DNA of 64,000 bases from Candidatus Hodarchaeota archaeon (GCA_048887225.1 JBHLJY010000012.1:10710-74709), one strand, 5' to 3'; positions 38,056 to 49,376 are shown, numbered from the stretch's first letter. Translations and numbers: made by a program. Notes: generated by a model not told the origin, from the letters alone.

Positions 38056-38835
38056 TTATACCCTCCAAACCATAAATTTTACAAGAATAATTATACCTAA
38101 CATTATAGCAATACTTCCTATTAAAAATCGTGCCTTACTCTGATTTTTAATTTTACTAGTTCCAAACGCTCCGAAAAAAGCAGCAAAAGTTCCACTAATG
38201 ACTAATAGCTTTAATAATGTATAATCTGAAATTCCATATATAATATAAAATGTAAAAAATCCAGCAATAGATATAAGAAACTTGGCTGCTTTAGTTACTC
38301 CTATAGCTTGTTTGGCGTCTCTGCCTGAAATGATCTGACCTGTGGTAAGAATTGGTCCGAAACCGCCTCCTGAAATTGCCTTATTAAAGGCACTAATAAT
38401 ACTAAAAATCTCTAATTTTTTCCAAGAAAATTTGAAACTTTTTATAAATAATAAAACAAATCCAACAAAGATTATTGAAATTCCGATGTATATCTCGATA
38501 AAAACCTTTGGTATTTGTAATACAATAATTATAGAAATTATCATGGTAATGACACATAATATAGTAAAAAGAAAAACAACTCTAATATTTTTTTCTTTTA
38601 AACCTAAATTACAATTACCCATCTCATGATGGAAAATGGTAGCACTTAAACTTGTTAGCATTTCTGAAAATAAAATTGACGGAATTACTAAAAACACATC
38701 AAAACCTAATAGTAATAATATAGGACACATTAAAGTACCATACCCCATTCCAAGCGAACTATCTAGAAATTCACAACAGAATGCCAGAAATAAAATTATA
38801 ATAATTATTGTAATGTCGATAAAACACCACTCCAT
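38056..38835 (-). CDS. TauE/SafE-family (sulfite exporter) membrane protein
   Basis: DSSLGMGYG and NKAISGGGFGP motifs; multiple TM helices. Confidence 0.88.
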   Translation of the reverse strand: MEWCFIDITIIIIILFLAFCCEFLDSSLGMGYGTLMCPILLLLGFDVFLVIPSILFSEMLTSLSATIFHHEMGNCNLGLKEKNIRVVFLFTILCVITMIISIIIVLQIPKVFIEIYIGISIIFVGFVLLFIKSFKFSWKKLEIFSIISAFNKAISGGGFGPILTTGQIISGRDAKQAIGVTKAAKFLISIAGFFTFYIIYGISDYTLLKLLVISGTFAAFFGAFGTSKIKNQSKARFLIGSIAIMLGIIILVKFMVWRV

Positions 38836-38865
38836 TTCTTTTGACTCCTATTGGTAATAATGATT

Positions 38866-39678
38866 TTAGATAATTATTGTATAAAGGATGTATACTCCAA
38901 TTCCTATAGCGTAGGTTGGTATAATGAATTTCCATACTGTATTAGGAACTACTCGTACAATATAAGGAGTTATTAATGCTCCAAAGAAAGCGCCGGTGAA
39001 AATCCATGGTAGAAGGATGAGTTCAACTTTTACGCCAATTGCTGATACAACGAGAAATGAAAAAGTACCCGCTACGGATACCATTGCCTCTGAAAAAGAA
39101 ACAATAGCGGTCGCACTTTTTTCATATACCCCGCTAGAAACTTCTCCTAAAGTAATAACTGGACCATAACCTCCACCACCTACACCTTTATTAAAACCAG
39201 CAAGAACAGCAAAACCTATCATTAATTTCAGATTAGGATTTAACTCTTTTTTTTTCGTAATTTTTGCTCTGAAAACTCCAAATATACCCATGAAAAGAAC
39301 TAAAATTGCTACATATAATTTAATAAAAGCTTTTGGTAGCTTCAACGCAGCATAAGTAAGATAAATCGAAAACACAATAGATAAACATCCAAAAAAGGCA
39401 ATAATAAAAGCTAATTTCGTACTATCACTCATAGGCCGGAATTTAAATTCAACATTTTTAAATTCATTATCAAAATAAGAATCAACAAAGCCCGTTACTG
39501 ATTCCGAAATTAAAATTGTGGGCACTATTTGTAAAGGATCAAATCCCATCAATAATAATATCGGTGCCATTCCTGTTCCAAAACCCATTCCAGTACCAGA
39601 ATCCATTATTTCAAAAAGAAATGCTATTAAAATTATTAATATAATTAATTCTAACGTTAATGTAACCATTTCACTCAC
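38866..39678 (-). CDS. TauE/SafE-family membrane protein (tandem paralog)
   Basis: DSGTGMGFGT and NKGVGGGGYGP motifs. Confidence 0.88.
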   Translation of the reverse strand: MSEMVTLTLELIILIILIAFLFEIMDSGTGMGFGTGMAPILLLMGFDPLQIVPTILISESVTGFVDSYFDNEFKNVEFKFRPMSDSTKLAFIIAFFGCLSIVFSIYLTYAALKLPKAFIKLYVAILVLFMGIFGVFRAKITKKKELNPNLKLMIGFAVLAGFNKGVGGGGYGPVITLGEVSSGVYEKSATAIVSFSEAMVSVAGTFSFLVVSAIGVKVELILLPWIFTGAFFGALITPYIVRVVPNTVWKFIIPTYAIGIGVYILYTIII

Positions 39679-39722
39679 TCAAAGAAATATAATAATTGGA
39701 AATAATAATAAATTGAGAGATT

Positions 39723-39878
39723 TTAAAGAAACACTGTAAAAAGTATCATAAAAGCGATGTAAATTAATAGTGCTACAAGGATTTTCTTAATAGACCGACT
39801 TTCGATCTTCATTCTTTCTTTTATATTTTTATCATCTAATAATCTTGCTCTTTCTCCAATATTCCGTTGCTTTGACAT
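39723..39878 (-). CDS. 51-aa tail-anchored membrane microprotein (not in ORF track)
   Basis: MSKQRNIGERARLLDDKNIKERMKIESRSIKKILVALLIYIAFMILFTVFL; a single C-terminal TM helix preceded by KK. Confidence 0.6.
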   Translation of the reverse strand: MSKQRNIGERARLLDDKNIKERMKIESRSIKKILVALLIYIAFMILFTVFL

Positions 39879-40156
39879 TTTTCAACAACTATATTTTTTA
39901 ATTACTGGTAATTATATATCGATAATAATTAATTACTAGTAATTATTCGATGATATTTAAATATTGGCCTTTTCTATCCTCAAATTTAAGAAATTTATTT
40001 TATCAGTAATAATAAATTATTTAATCATAAAAAAAAAGTTAAATCTTTACCCAGAATTCAGAGAAATTTAAACTTTAAAATTTCTATACACTATAAAAAA
40101 AATAAAAAACCAAAGAAGTGAAGAGCTTTTTAAATTTTTACCATATTTTTAAATTA

Positions 40157-40723
40157 TTATTTATTATTTATGCTTGCTATATCCTCCTTTTTTTCATAAT
40201 CACCAATACCTACAAGTTTATCAAACTCAGTACTCTTTAACAAAGTTCTAATTTCTTCTTCAGCTTCGGGGGAACGATGAGTTGTAGGGGGTACTCTACT
40301 CAGATTATATGATTCTCTCAGGTTATTCCACTTCTTATCATTAATAGGAACTCCATGCCCCCATTTATAAAGAAATCCGCATAAAGCTTTATGTGGGCCT
40401 TGCATGATACCCTTTTGAACTGCTAAATTTCTCAAGAAAATAATCATATCTGTAACTGGCACACCTCGAGGACATCTTTCAAAGCAGGTATAACATGTCG
40501 AGCAAAACCACAATTCTTTATCTGAAAGTACTTCATCAAGTCCTAATTGAGCTTTTCTTATTAAAGATCTTGTTCTCAAAGCAGTCCTTCTTCCCGAAGG
40601 ACATCCTCCAGTACAAGTACCACATTGAATACATGACCCAATTTCTAATAATCCCGCGTCTCTCAATAAATTAGCTAATTCATCAGTGAATTCTGTAATT
40701 TTATCAGACTTTAATTCTTCCAT
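40157..40723 (-). CDS. hdrC: Heterodisulfide reductase subunit C (orphan copy)
   Basis: CIQCGTCTGGCPSG and WFCSTCYTCFERCPR motifs. Confidence 0.95.
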   Translation of the reverse strand: MEELKSDKITEFTDELANLLRDAGLLEIGSCIQCGTCTGGCPSGRRTALRTRSLIRKAQLGLDEVLSDKELWFCSTCYTCFERCPRGVPVTDMIIFLRNLAVQKGIMQGPHKALCGFLYKWGHGVPINDKKWNNLRESYNLSRVPPTTHRSPEAEEEIRTLLKSTEFDKLVGIGDYEKKEDIASINNK

Positions 40724-41030
40724 TATTCTTCCTTTTTATTTACTTTTCAAATTAAAATTATAAATAATAAATCAAAAGATGAAAAAGTATTTTTTAATAA
40801 AAACTTATTCTTTAAGATTTAGAACTAATCTGGGCACAAATTTTAATTCATATACATAGATTTTTTAAAAGGAGAATCCATTATTTTTTGATTTTTTTCC
40901 CTTTCTTTTTAAATTCTTTCGATATATAATTGCGTCTTTATTTTTTGGTTCTATTTTTATACAAAAGAAAAGAAAAGCTTAGAGATCTAAGTCAGAATGT
41001 GCTGATTACAAGTTAATTTTAAATGAGAAA

Positions 41031-41264
41031 TTACACATTCTCAAAAATTTTATTCCAAATAATAAACAACTCATCAAGATATTCAGTTTGCTTTTCCTCG
41101 TTCAGAAAAGCTAATTCTTTTAATAAAATTTTTTTTTTTTCTTCAGAAACATTTAAATTCTTCAATCTTTCTCGAATTTTTGCGTCTAAAACTGTATATA
41201 TTCTTGAAAAATACTTTTTAACAATGTCAAGCTCTTCAAAATTTTTATCGTTAACTTTTATCAC
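41031..41264 (-). CDS. Small helical hypothetical protein
   Basis: 77 aa charged ORF downstream of the radical SAM gene on the same strand. Confidence 0.45.
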   Translation of the reverse strand: MIKVNDKNFEELDIVKKYFSRIYTVLDAKIRERLKNLNVSEEKKKILLKELAFLNEEKQTEYLDELFIIWNKIFENV

Positions 41265-41344
41265 CTATTTTATAAAAAATTAGCCTTCCATATAAAAATA
41301 TAGGAGTTCAATTCTTCAAAATAACGAGTTTCAATTATTTAATT

Positions 41345-42394
41345 TCAAAGTGCTTCTACTCCAACATTTCTTATTAATTCTTTCATTTCATCCGCAGTGC
41401 TAGCAAAAACTCCAACATTGCCAATCCTGACGTTTTTTAAACCGATTTTTTTTATCGCTGTATAAGTTTCTAATATTTCTGATAAATTTGGGGATCGATA
41501 ATCTTTCAATTTATATTGCGGGAAGAACGCTAATATATGAAAAGGAAGAGTCTCATCTAATTCTACAATTAATTCAGCAATCTTCTCAAACTGATCAATT
41601 TCTACTAGATTCGGAATGTAAACTGTTAGAATTTCTAAAACAAAATTTCTTTTTAAGATCTCTTTTGGAGAATTTAATACAGTTTTATTAGGAGTTCCGC
41701 ATAGTTTTTTGTAAATATCAGCATCGAAGGCTTTAATGTCTAACCAATATGAGTCTAAACTAGCTTTTTGAAAGAGATCTAAATTTTTTGGAGTTAAACC
41801 ATAACCATTAGACTCTAATAAAACCCATATATTATCACACTTTTTTTTTATTTTTTGTGTTACTTCCGCATAAAATTTTGCTTGGCATGCAATATCACCT
41901 CCAGTAAACGCAACGATATTTCTTGCGGGTCCCCAACCCTGGGGACTTAATACTATTTCATCTCTTGAGACTTTATTTGGGCATAAAGGACTTCTCTTAT
42001 TAAAATAAATACATGATCCGCAATGTTTGCACAAATCAGTGGCGTAATACATTAATGCTCGTTCTCTTGGTTCAAAAATAGTAACTTTTTTCTCGTATTG
42101 CTTACAAAGTTCAGCAATTTCTTCTGTAGAATACCATTCACCGTTAAAATTTTTGGAAAATTCCCATGAATGACATTTCAAACAATTATGATTACACCCT
42201 GATTGATAGATTGAAAAATAATCTTCTGGTCTTGATAAATGCATTGATTTAATAACTCGATGAAATTGACCCTTATCATATTTCAATGTAGAGATACATG
42301 CCGAGTTTGTAGAACCGTTTTTTAAAGAGACTTCACACGCACCTTTAGAGTATCCTTGCTTCACCATTCTACATGATATGGCTCTATTTTCCAT
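41345..42394 (-). CDS. Radical SAM protein (PflA/PflX-like)
   Basis: GCNHNCLKCHS, FTGGD, ESNG and WLDIKAFD motifs; extra Cys cluster CKHCGSC. Confidence 0.85.
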   Translation of the reverse strand: MENRAISCRMVKQGYSKGACEVSLKNGSTNSACISTLKYDKGQFHRVIKSMHLSRPEDYFSIYQSGCNHNCLKCHSWEFSKNFNGEWYSTEEIAELCKQYEKKVTIFEPRERALMYYATDLCKHCGSCIYFNKRSPLCPNKVSRDEIVLSPQGWGPARNIVAFTGGDIACQAKFYAEVTQKIKKKCDNIWVLLESNGYGLTPKNLDLFQKASLDSYWLDIKAFDADIYKKLCGTPNKTVLNSPKEILKRNFVLEILTVYIPNLVEIDQFEKIAELIVELDETLPFHILAFFPQYKLKDYRSPNLSEILETYTAIKKIGLKNVRIGNVGVFASTADEMKELIRNVGVEAL

Positions 42395-42419
42395 CTTTTA
42401 AAGAAAAAAAAAATTTATT

Positions 42420-45134
42420 TTAAATTATTGGAAGAGAAAAGTAAAATCTGCTGCCTTTATCTTTCCCTTCAGATTCTGCCCAAATTTTTCCACCATGCAA
42501 TTCCACGATTTTTTTAGAAATATATAATCCAAGTCCAGATCCTTTTATATCAATATCCCAACCTTCACCATATCTTTCAATCTTACCAAATTGTTTAAAT
42601 AATTTGCTTTTCTCCTCTTTGGTGAATCCAATTCCTTTATCTTCTATACAAATTACATAAAATTTTTCTTTTATTTCTGATTTAATCGTTATCTCTCCAC
42701 CAGGAGGAGTGTATTTAATGGCGTTTGTTAATAAGTTTGAAACAACTTCATACATTTTCTCTTTATCGAACGAAGCTGTTAAATATTCGTGAATATTTAA
42801 TATGATTTTCTGATTTCTAAGTTCCAACATTCCCCGCAAATCTCGCAAAACAAATTTAATTAGAAAAGTTAAATCTTCTGTTGATTTATTTAACTCAAGA
42901 AGTCCTTGTTCTAATCTCGAACTTTCAAGAAGTGCATTAATATTTTCTTCCAAACGTATGCCTCCTTCCTTTATATCTTCTATAATTGAGATCATATCTG
43001 TATCTAATTTGGAAGAGTGGAGTGTGAGTAAGAGATCAGTAAAGCCTTTAATTGCGATAAGAGGTGTCTTTAGTTCATGTGAGGTTCTAGATAATAACTC
43101 CGTCTTAAGCTTATTTTGTTCCTCTAAATGTTGTTGTACTTGCCATCTTCTCTGCTCTATCTCAATTGCGTCGGATATTAAAAATAATACTAATACATCT
43201 TGGTGGTCTAGATATGGATTTTCTCGATGAAAAACACATATTCCACTATTATATTCTTCTTCTTGTGACTTAATTAATTTACCAAAACAACCTTTTGCTT
43301 TTTTCTCTTTAATATATCGATCAGTCATAGCATAGTTAGTTTCATTTATATTAATAAATGTTTGAGTATAATCGTGATCTGCTTGAAACAATTCGCTAAT
43401 AATGAAATGATTTTCAAATTCTTCAGAATCTAAAATTAAACTCTCTTTATCACTTGACATTAATTGGTATTTTTCAATTCCATTTTGTATTTGTCGATAA
43501 CAATATAATACAACTTCTGCATTTAATAATTTACAACAAGTTTCAAGTAACATTTCAATATTGTTTTGGACATCTGTGGTGAAATTCAAAAAATTTACAT
43601 TTAATTCGTAAATAAGCCTCTCATACATCTTTTTCTCTGTGATATCATCCAGCCACATAACAAAACCTATTAATTCTCCTTTATCGTTGTATTGATTCAA
43701 TCTGTTGCCTTTGACCCATTTTAGATTTCCATTTTTATCATATAGTCTAAATTCAACTTCTTCAGTCTCAGTTGCTTTATAAAACGTTTTAATATCTTCA
43801 GGATGAATGATCTTTTCAAAAATCGTTTTATCTAAAGTTTTTTCTTTCTTGTAGCCCAGAATATTTAATAACTTAGGGTTAGTATATTTAATATTTTTCA
43901 CTCTAAAATCATATTCCAATATTCCCATTAATGATTGCTCCGTAATCATTCTAAATTTTTTTTCAGAATCTTTTAGTTTTTGTTCAGTGATCTTTAAATC
44001 TGTAATATCTGTCCACGAACCAATAGTCTCTATTGGGTTTCCGTTTTCGTCTTTAATTAGTTTAGCTTCATCACGCATCCAATGATAAGTTCCGTCTTTA
44101 AATTTAAAGCGATAGTCGTAGATTATATTTCCCTTTTCAGGTAATATTGAGAGTTTTGATAAAACTTCTTCTGTATCTTCTGGATGAATATTATTTAGCC
44201 AAAAATCTGAATATTTTATGAAGTCTTCAGATATATAACCTGTTTGAGCCTCTACATTTTCACTAATAAATGTAGCACTGTAATCCCCTGATGCTTTAGA
44301 AGTATAAATCATCATTGGACTTGATGAAATAAGATATTTAAATCGTTCTTCAGATTCTTTTAATTTTTGATCCTTCATTTTTCTTTCAGTTATATCTCTT
44401 GAAATAGTAAGACCTTTTACTAATCCATCCTTATTTCTAAATGCTCTGCCTCTAACTTCTATCCAAATATAAGTCCCATCTTTCTTTCTATATCTTAATT
44501 CTGCCTTTCCTTCACCATATTTTAAACGTTCTTTTATAAGATTTGCTATCTCGTTTGCATTGTCAGGATGGATAAATTTTAAAAATGGCTTCCCCATTAA
44601 ATCCTTTTTTGAATATCCTAATACTCTTTTGTGAACTTCTTCATTAATAAATTCAAATCTTAATTTCTCGTTAAAAACTGCAATCAAATCGTTTGCGTGT
44701 TCTGAAATTACTCTATAAGTCTCTTCACTTAGTTCTAAATTCTTGTATTTGGATAGATCTTTTAGAATTAAAAGCAATTTTTTTTGGTGATTATCATCTC
44801 TGAATGGTTTTATTTTACATTCAAACCACTTAAATTCACCGTTTATGTTTTTAATTCTCAGTTCTTCGTAAACAGCTTCAATGTCTACGCTTTTCTTTAA
44901 TACGGTAAGAAATTTATTTGAATCATCTGGATACATAAAATCCAAAATCGATTGTTCGATTAAATCTTTGCTTGAATATCCTAATGATTTCAGAAATAGC
45001 GGTTCATTAATATATTCAAATCTGAAAAAATCGTGGGATTCAACGATAGCAATTAAATCGTTGATATTTTCAATAATTAATGGATATATATTAAAAGTGT
45101 TAGGTTTTAAACCAATCATAGTTTTCTCTTCCAC
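42420..45134 (-). CDS. Multi-PAS sensor histidine kinase
   Basis: Four PAS/PAC repeats; H-box SHELKTPL; NLLTNAIKYT; DKGIG; GSGLGL. Confidence 0.95.
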   Translation of the reverse strand: MEEKTMIGLKPNTFNIYPLIIENINDLIAIVESHDFFRFEYINEPLFLKSLGYSSKDLIEQSILDFMYPDDSNKFLTVLKKSVDIEAVYEELRIKNINGEFKWFECKIKPFRDDNHQKKLLLILKDLSKYKNLELSEETYRVISEHANDLIAVFNEKLRFEFINEEVHKRVLGYSKKDLMGKPFLKFIHPDNANEIANLIKERLKYGEGKAELRYRKKDGTYIWIEVRGRAFRNKDGLVKGLTISRDITERKMKDQKLKESEERFKYLISSSPMMIYTSKASGDYSATFISENVEAQTGYISEDFIKYSDFWLNNIHPEDTEEVLSKLSILPEKGNIIYDYRFKFKDGTYHWMRDEAKLIKDENGNPIETIGSWTDITDLKITEQKLKDSEKKFRMITEQSLMGILEYDFRVKNIKYTNPKLLNILGYKKEKTLDKTIFEKIIHPEDIKTFYKATETEEVEFRLYDKNGNLKWVKGNRLNQYNDKGELIGFVMWLDDITEKKMYERLIYELNVNFLNFTTDVQNNIEMLLETCCKLLNAEVVLYCYRQIQNGIEKYQLMSSDKESLILDSEEFENHFIISELFQADHDYTQTFININETNYAMTDRYIKEKKAKGCFGKLIKSQEEEYNSGICVFHRENPYLDHQDVLVLFLISDAIEIEQRRWQVQQHLEEQNKLKTELLSRTSHELKTPLIAIKGFTDLLLTLHSSKLDTDMISIIEDIKEGGIRLEENINALLESSRLEQGLLELNKSTEDLTFLIKFVLRDLRGMLELRNQKIILNIHEYLTASFDKEKMYEVVSNLLTNAIKYTPPGGEITIKSEIKEKFYVICIEDKGIGFTKEEKSKLFKQFGKIERYGEGWDIDIKGSGLGLYISKKIVELHGGKIWAESEGKDKGSRFYFSLPII

Positions 45135-45267
45135 CTTTTTTTATTCCAATGCGAATTTTTCTTTAAGATCTAATTAATATTATAGAAGAATATGATTTAT
45201 TTATTTTATTTGCAACACTGAGAGAGTGTGAAAATAATTAAATAATTTATCATCCTAATTTGTATTT

Positions 45268-45696
45268 ATGGAATTAATAAGTAATGATTTTAAGCATAAT
45301 GAGTTGATGGATAAAAAATTTTCATATCGAGCAGATAATAAATCGCCTCATTTAAAATGGAGTGATCCACCAAGCAGCACTAAAAGCTTTGCCATCTCGT
45401 GTAATGACCCAGATGCTCCTGTAGGCGATTGGATCCATTGGTATGTTATTAACATCCCGAGGGATGTAATAGAAATACCACAAGGAGGTCCCATTCCAGG
45501 AAAAGAATTAGAAAACGATTATGGTCAAAAAGGTTATGGGGGGCCTGCTCCTCCAAGTGGAACGCATAGATATTTCTTTAAAGTTTACGCTCTTGACATT
45601 GAAAAGTTAGAGGGTGTTAATAAAAGAAATTTTAAAGAAAAGATAAAAAAATATACTCTTGATTCGGCAGAAATTATAGGTTTATATAAAAGCTAA
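45268..45696 (+). CDS. YbhB/YbcL (PEBP/Raf kinase inhibitor-like) protein
   Basis: SPHLKW, DPDAP, WIHW and YGGPAPPSGTHRYFF motifs. Confidence 0.93.
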   Translation: MELISNDFKHNELMDKKFSYRADNKSPHLKWSDPPSSTKSFAISCNDPDAPVGDWIHWYVINIPRDVIEIPQGGPIPGKELENDYGQKGYGGPAPPSGTHRYFFKVYALDIEKLEGVNKRNFKEKIKKYTLDSAEIIGLYKS

Positions 45697-45748
45697 TGAA
45701 TATCCCTTTCTAACTGGCGCTTTTTAGATGAAATAAAGAATAAATTAT

Positions 45749-47464
45749 TTAGGCATTTATTACCTTAATTTTTGGTGTATAATAATTTCCAATAGCATAG
45801 TTGTTGAAATTTATACTATAATGTTCTCTCCAATGCGCCTTAACATCGTCTAAAACAGCGTTATATATGCTTTCTTTAATTTTACCTTTAGAAACAAGCG
45901 TCTTGCTAATAAGTGAGGTCATTATTTCACCATCCTTAACTACAATTTGACCATCTTTTATTGTAAATGTTGCGTTAGAAAACGCTTTCTCGATGGAATT
46001 ACCATCCATTTTATTCGGATCTAATTTGAATATTGAAACATCTCCTATCGCTCCTACACCTAAATGACCTCTATCTGTCATACCTAAACATTTCGCTGTA
46101 CCCGCTCTCGAGACTATACATAATTCGTTTAAAGTTAGTTCTCGATCAATGTCCCTCAGTTGCGTCTGTGAGTTTGCTTTTGGAGAACAGACATTATCGA
46201 GCATATCAATTCTCGTTTTTTTATCCATTAACCATCTAATGATTTTTGGATAATAAATGAAAGGACCTCCGTTCGGATGATCAGTTGTCATGTAAATTTG
46301 ATAAGGATTTTTAATTAAAAGCAATAATTCAAGACCAATGGCCCATTGAATAGCATTAACGCCTACTTTAGGAGAAAAGAAATATGGTACAACTCCAGAA
46401 CCAGATTCCCCTTCAACTTGACCATTTATCCATTTTATACCTGGTTTAGACCCCCATGCTGACATTCCACCAAGGTGGTGGAGAGCGAATTCCCAGGGAC
46501 CATCTGCAGTCATAGTTGTTGTTGCTGCTTTGGCAAAAATCACTTGTCCAACATCAATAGTAATATGTTTATGCGTGTTAAGATAATCTGCTATTTGAGC
46601 GGCTCCTGAACTAAAATTACCCCAATTTGTTCCTGCGTAAGCATTAAATTGACAATGTGTCAAGTGAAAAGTGGTTTCACGTCCTTTTTTAGGTTTAATC
46701 TTTTCCGAAGCTTTAAATGTTTCGATGGTATGTTCAAAATTTCCTGGATGTCCAAGATTATTTGCGTGGACATGAATTGTGTGAGGTAATTCTAATATTT
46801 CATTTACTTTTGCTAATCCTTCGATAATCTCTCTAGGGGTTACTTCAAAATGAAAAACGTGATCATCTAAAGATTCAACATTTTTACCCCATGCCCAATT
46901 TTCAACCCCTCCGGGATTTACAATTTTAACAGCATATCCTTTTGTGGCTTCTAAAATCCATGATACATATCCCGCCAATTTATCATAATCCCTATCTTTG
47001 ATATATTTCATTACAAACCAATTATTTCCAAATAATGGAAAAGCAGCTTTATCAATTATAGGAATCTCTAAAAATTCTTCATGAGTATGTCGTGCTTCAA
47101 GTAATGGCATAGCGGGTTCAACTACAGTTGTATAACCAAGTTTAGCATATCGATATCCAGTAATCCAAGTCGAAGGAACAGAATATCCAGTCCCACTACG
47201 AGCTAATTTTGACTTTTGAACAGGATCGATGTAATGATCTTCTGGTCGAAAAATCCTTCCAGCATTGACTTTTGCTCCAGCGATATGAGAATGTATATCA
47301 ACACCTCCAGGCATAACAATCATTCCCGAGGCATCTATTATTTTCGCATCCTCATTTACTTTATCTACTACAATACCGTCTTTAATGTGGATTTCTTTTT
47401 TTTCACCCTCAATGCCATTTAAGGGATCATAAACCAAGCCATTTTTAATAATTAGATCTTTCAT
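45749..47464 (-). CDS. fwdA: Formylmethanofuran dehydrogenase subunit A
   Basis: PGGVDIHSHIAG, KIVNPGGVENW, HVHANNLGHPGN and TTDHPNGGPF motifs. Likely start MKDLIIKNG. Confidence 0.95.
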   Translation of the reverse strand: MKDLIIKNGLVYDPLNGIEGEKKEIHIKDGIVVDKVNEDAKIIDASGMIVMPGGVDIHSHIAGAKVNAGRIFRPEDHYIDPVQKSKLARSGTGYSVPSTWITGYRYAKLGYTTVVEPAMPLLEARHTHEEFLEIPIIDKAAFPLFGNNWFVMKYIKDRDYDKLAGYVSWILEATKGYAVKIVNPGGVENWAWGKNVESLDDHVFHFEVTPREIIEGLAKVNEILELPHTIHVHANNLGHPGNFEHTIETFKASEKIKPKKGRETTFHLTHCQFNAYAGTNWGNFSSGAAQIADYLNTHKHITIDVGQVIFAKAATTTMTADGPWEFALHHLGGMSAWGSKPGIKWINGQVEGESGSGVVPYFFSPKVGVNAIQWAIGLELLLLIKNPYQIYMTTDHPNGGPFIYYPKIIRWLMDKKTRIDMLDNVCSPKANSQTQLRDIDRELTLNELCIVSRAGTAKCLGMTDRGHLGVGAIGDVSIFKLDPNKMDGNSIEKAFSNATFTIKDGQIVVKDGEIMTSLISKTLVSKGKIKESIYNAVLDDVKAHWREHYSINFNNYAIGNYYTPKIKVINA

Positions 47465-47608
47465 AACAATATTCTTAAAATTTAGCCACAATTTTCAGAG
47501 AAATTCTAATATTTTAAAGAATCTATTATTTTTATAAAAATTTATTATTAAATTTAAGTCAACTAATTTTTATGATTTTAAAGCATAAAAGCATTTAAAT
47601 AAAAAGAA

Positions 47609-47983
47609 TTAATCTTGCCCAAACATATCTCCAAATGCACCCATCATTGCTTCAATCATTTTCTTAAGAAAATCTCCGAAAAATAAATCGTTCAATAAAT
47701 TATAGACTTTTTTGAAATCTTTTTCCTCCTTAAACTTTAATAGCATAGTTCTTTTTTTTTGATTAATTTCGATATCACAGTCTAAAGGTTCTTTCTTGCC
47801 TAGAAATTGTCCGAGAGATTGTTTCATTTCATCTCCGTCTCTGAGCATTCCACCAACCATCTGATTCTCTTCAATGTTTGATTCAAGTATTGAGATTTTT
47901 ATCGATAAATCCTCCTCTTTTTTTTCAAGTTTAACAGCTTTTTGGAGTTGTTCTTTTATCTCTTCCCAATCAAGATTTTCCAT
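47609..47983 (-). CDS. Hypothetical protein
   Basis: 124 aa ORF with host-like codon and amino-acid usage. Confidence 0.6.
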   Translation of the reverse strand: MENLDWEEIKEQLQKAVKLEKKEEDLSIKISILESNIEENQMVGGMLRDGDEMKQSLGQFLGKKEPLDCDIEINQKKRTMLLKFKEEKDFKKVYNLLNDLFFGDFLKKMIEAMMGAFGDMFGQD

Positions 47984-48197
47984 TTTTTAATCTTCCATTT
48001 AAAAATAAGTATTTATTAAATAATTGAAAGATCCTTTAAAATATAAAACTCGTTAATTTTAGTTATTCTAAAAAGAAATAGATTGAAATTTCTTTATTTA
48101 AAATTTTTCAATGATAAAATGGTATCTTATAGCTAGATTTATATATAACAAAACATCAAATTTATCATAACAACTTAACAAAATATGGTGTAATTCT

Positions 48198-48716
48198 ATG
48201 AATACTGGACAAATATTATGTGTATTAGCTGCAATTATCACTCTCATTGCGACCTATATATTCTACTGGTTTTCATATATCTATTTGGATCTTTATTACA
48301 TTAATGGTATTGGATTTTTAAAAAATTACTTGGATCTGTGGATGAATCCAAATACTAATGCTTTATTTTATGGATTACCATTAATATTTTACTATGCTAT
48401 TGTAGTCCTGTTCACTATTTTCATGATTTCTCCAATTCTACAACTAGTTGGCTTGAAAAAAAAATTTGCTCCTTATGTAGGGGGTGTTATGCCTTTAGTT
48501 ATCGGTGTTTTTATATTATTATATGCTTTGATTGGGTTTGCTCCAAGCTTCATAAAATGGCTTCTAATGTTTGGTGATACAGAGCCTTTGATTGAAGGTG
48601 CCTTTCCCTTAGTATTAGCAATTGAGGGACGCTTTGAATTTTGGGGAACCTACGTATTGATTGCAGCAGGGATCTTAAGTCTTATCGCCGGAAAAAAAAG
48701 CGGGGAGGGACTTTAA
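48198..48716 (+). CDS. Hypothetical membrane protein (about 4 TM)
   Basis: Four hydrophobic segments; GGTG SD. Confidence 0.7.
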   Translation: MNTGQILCVLAAIITLIATYIFYWFSYIYLDLYYINGIGFLKNYLDLWMNPNTNALFYGLPLIFYYAIVVLFTIFMISPILQLVGLKKKFAPYVGGVMPLVIGVFILLYALIGFAPSFIKWLLMFGDTEPLIEGAFPLVLAIEGRFEFWGTYVLIAAGILSLIAGKKSGEGL

Positions 48717-48854
48717 ATAACAACATTTTTTTTTTTAAATTTAATTAGGAATATCATCACCGATATTCAATCTTTATACGAAGCCATAGAACTTCTACTT
48801 TTTCCAACTTTTACAATAGTTTTTTCCCTCTATAAATAATTGAGGATTTAAAAA

Positions 48855-49376
48855 ATGGAAACTGAAAATGTAAAAGAAAGTGAGGAAAAAAAATCAAAAG
48901 CTTTCGATGTGAGACCTCTAAGCCTTAGAATTTCCTTAATTGCTATAACAGCTGCCTTATATATTGCTCTTGGATATATATTTCAACCTATAAGCTTTCT
49001 AGGAGTACAATTTCGAGTAGCTGAATTAATAGTAGGAATGTGTATCATTTTTCCTTTAGAGGGGTTAATAGGAAATGTCATTGGGGTATTTTTCGTCAAC
49101 CTATCTTCACCGCTTGGTCCGATCGATTTAATTAGTTGTATAGTTAATGTGCCGGCGCTATACTGTATAATATATTTTAGAGATAGAGGGAGGTTAAAGT
49201 ACTTAGGAGGTGTATTATACGCAATTATAATATCGATTTATGTAGCGATAATTTTAAATATTGTGTTAGCACTGCCAATCTGGCTTATGTTCATTCAAGT
49301 TCTAATCTCTGAAATCATATTAGCAACTCTGGGAATATTTCTATTTGATAAAATTAAGAAAAAGTTAGAGATTTAG
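48855..49376 (+). CDS. QueT-family ECF S-component transporter
   Basis: AALYIAL...PISFLGVQFRVAE and SPLGPID motifs. Confidence 0.85.
   Translation: METENVKESEEKKSKAFDVRPLSLRISLIAITAALYIALGYIFQPISFLGVQFRVAELIVGMCIIFPLEGLIGNVIGVFFVNLSSPLGPIDLISCIVNVPALYCIIYFRDRGRLKYLGGVLYAIIISIYVAIILNIVLALPIWLMFIQVLISEIILATLGIFLFDKIKKKLEI

Noticed and set aside
39723-39878. R-SNARE-like resemblance of the tail-anchored microprotein (GERARLLDDK + C-terminal TM)
   Set aside because: The soluble part (~30 aa) is too short for a SNARE motif and has no convincing heptad pattern. Kept only as a tail-anchored peptide.
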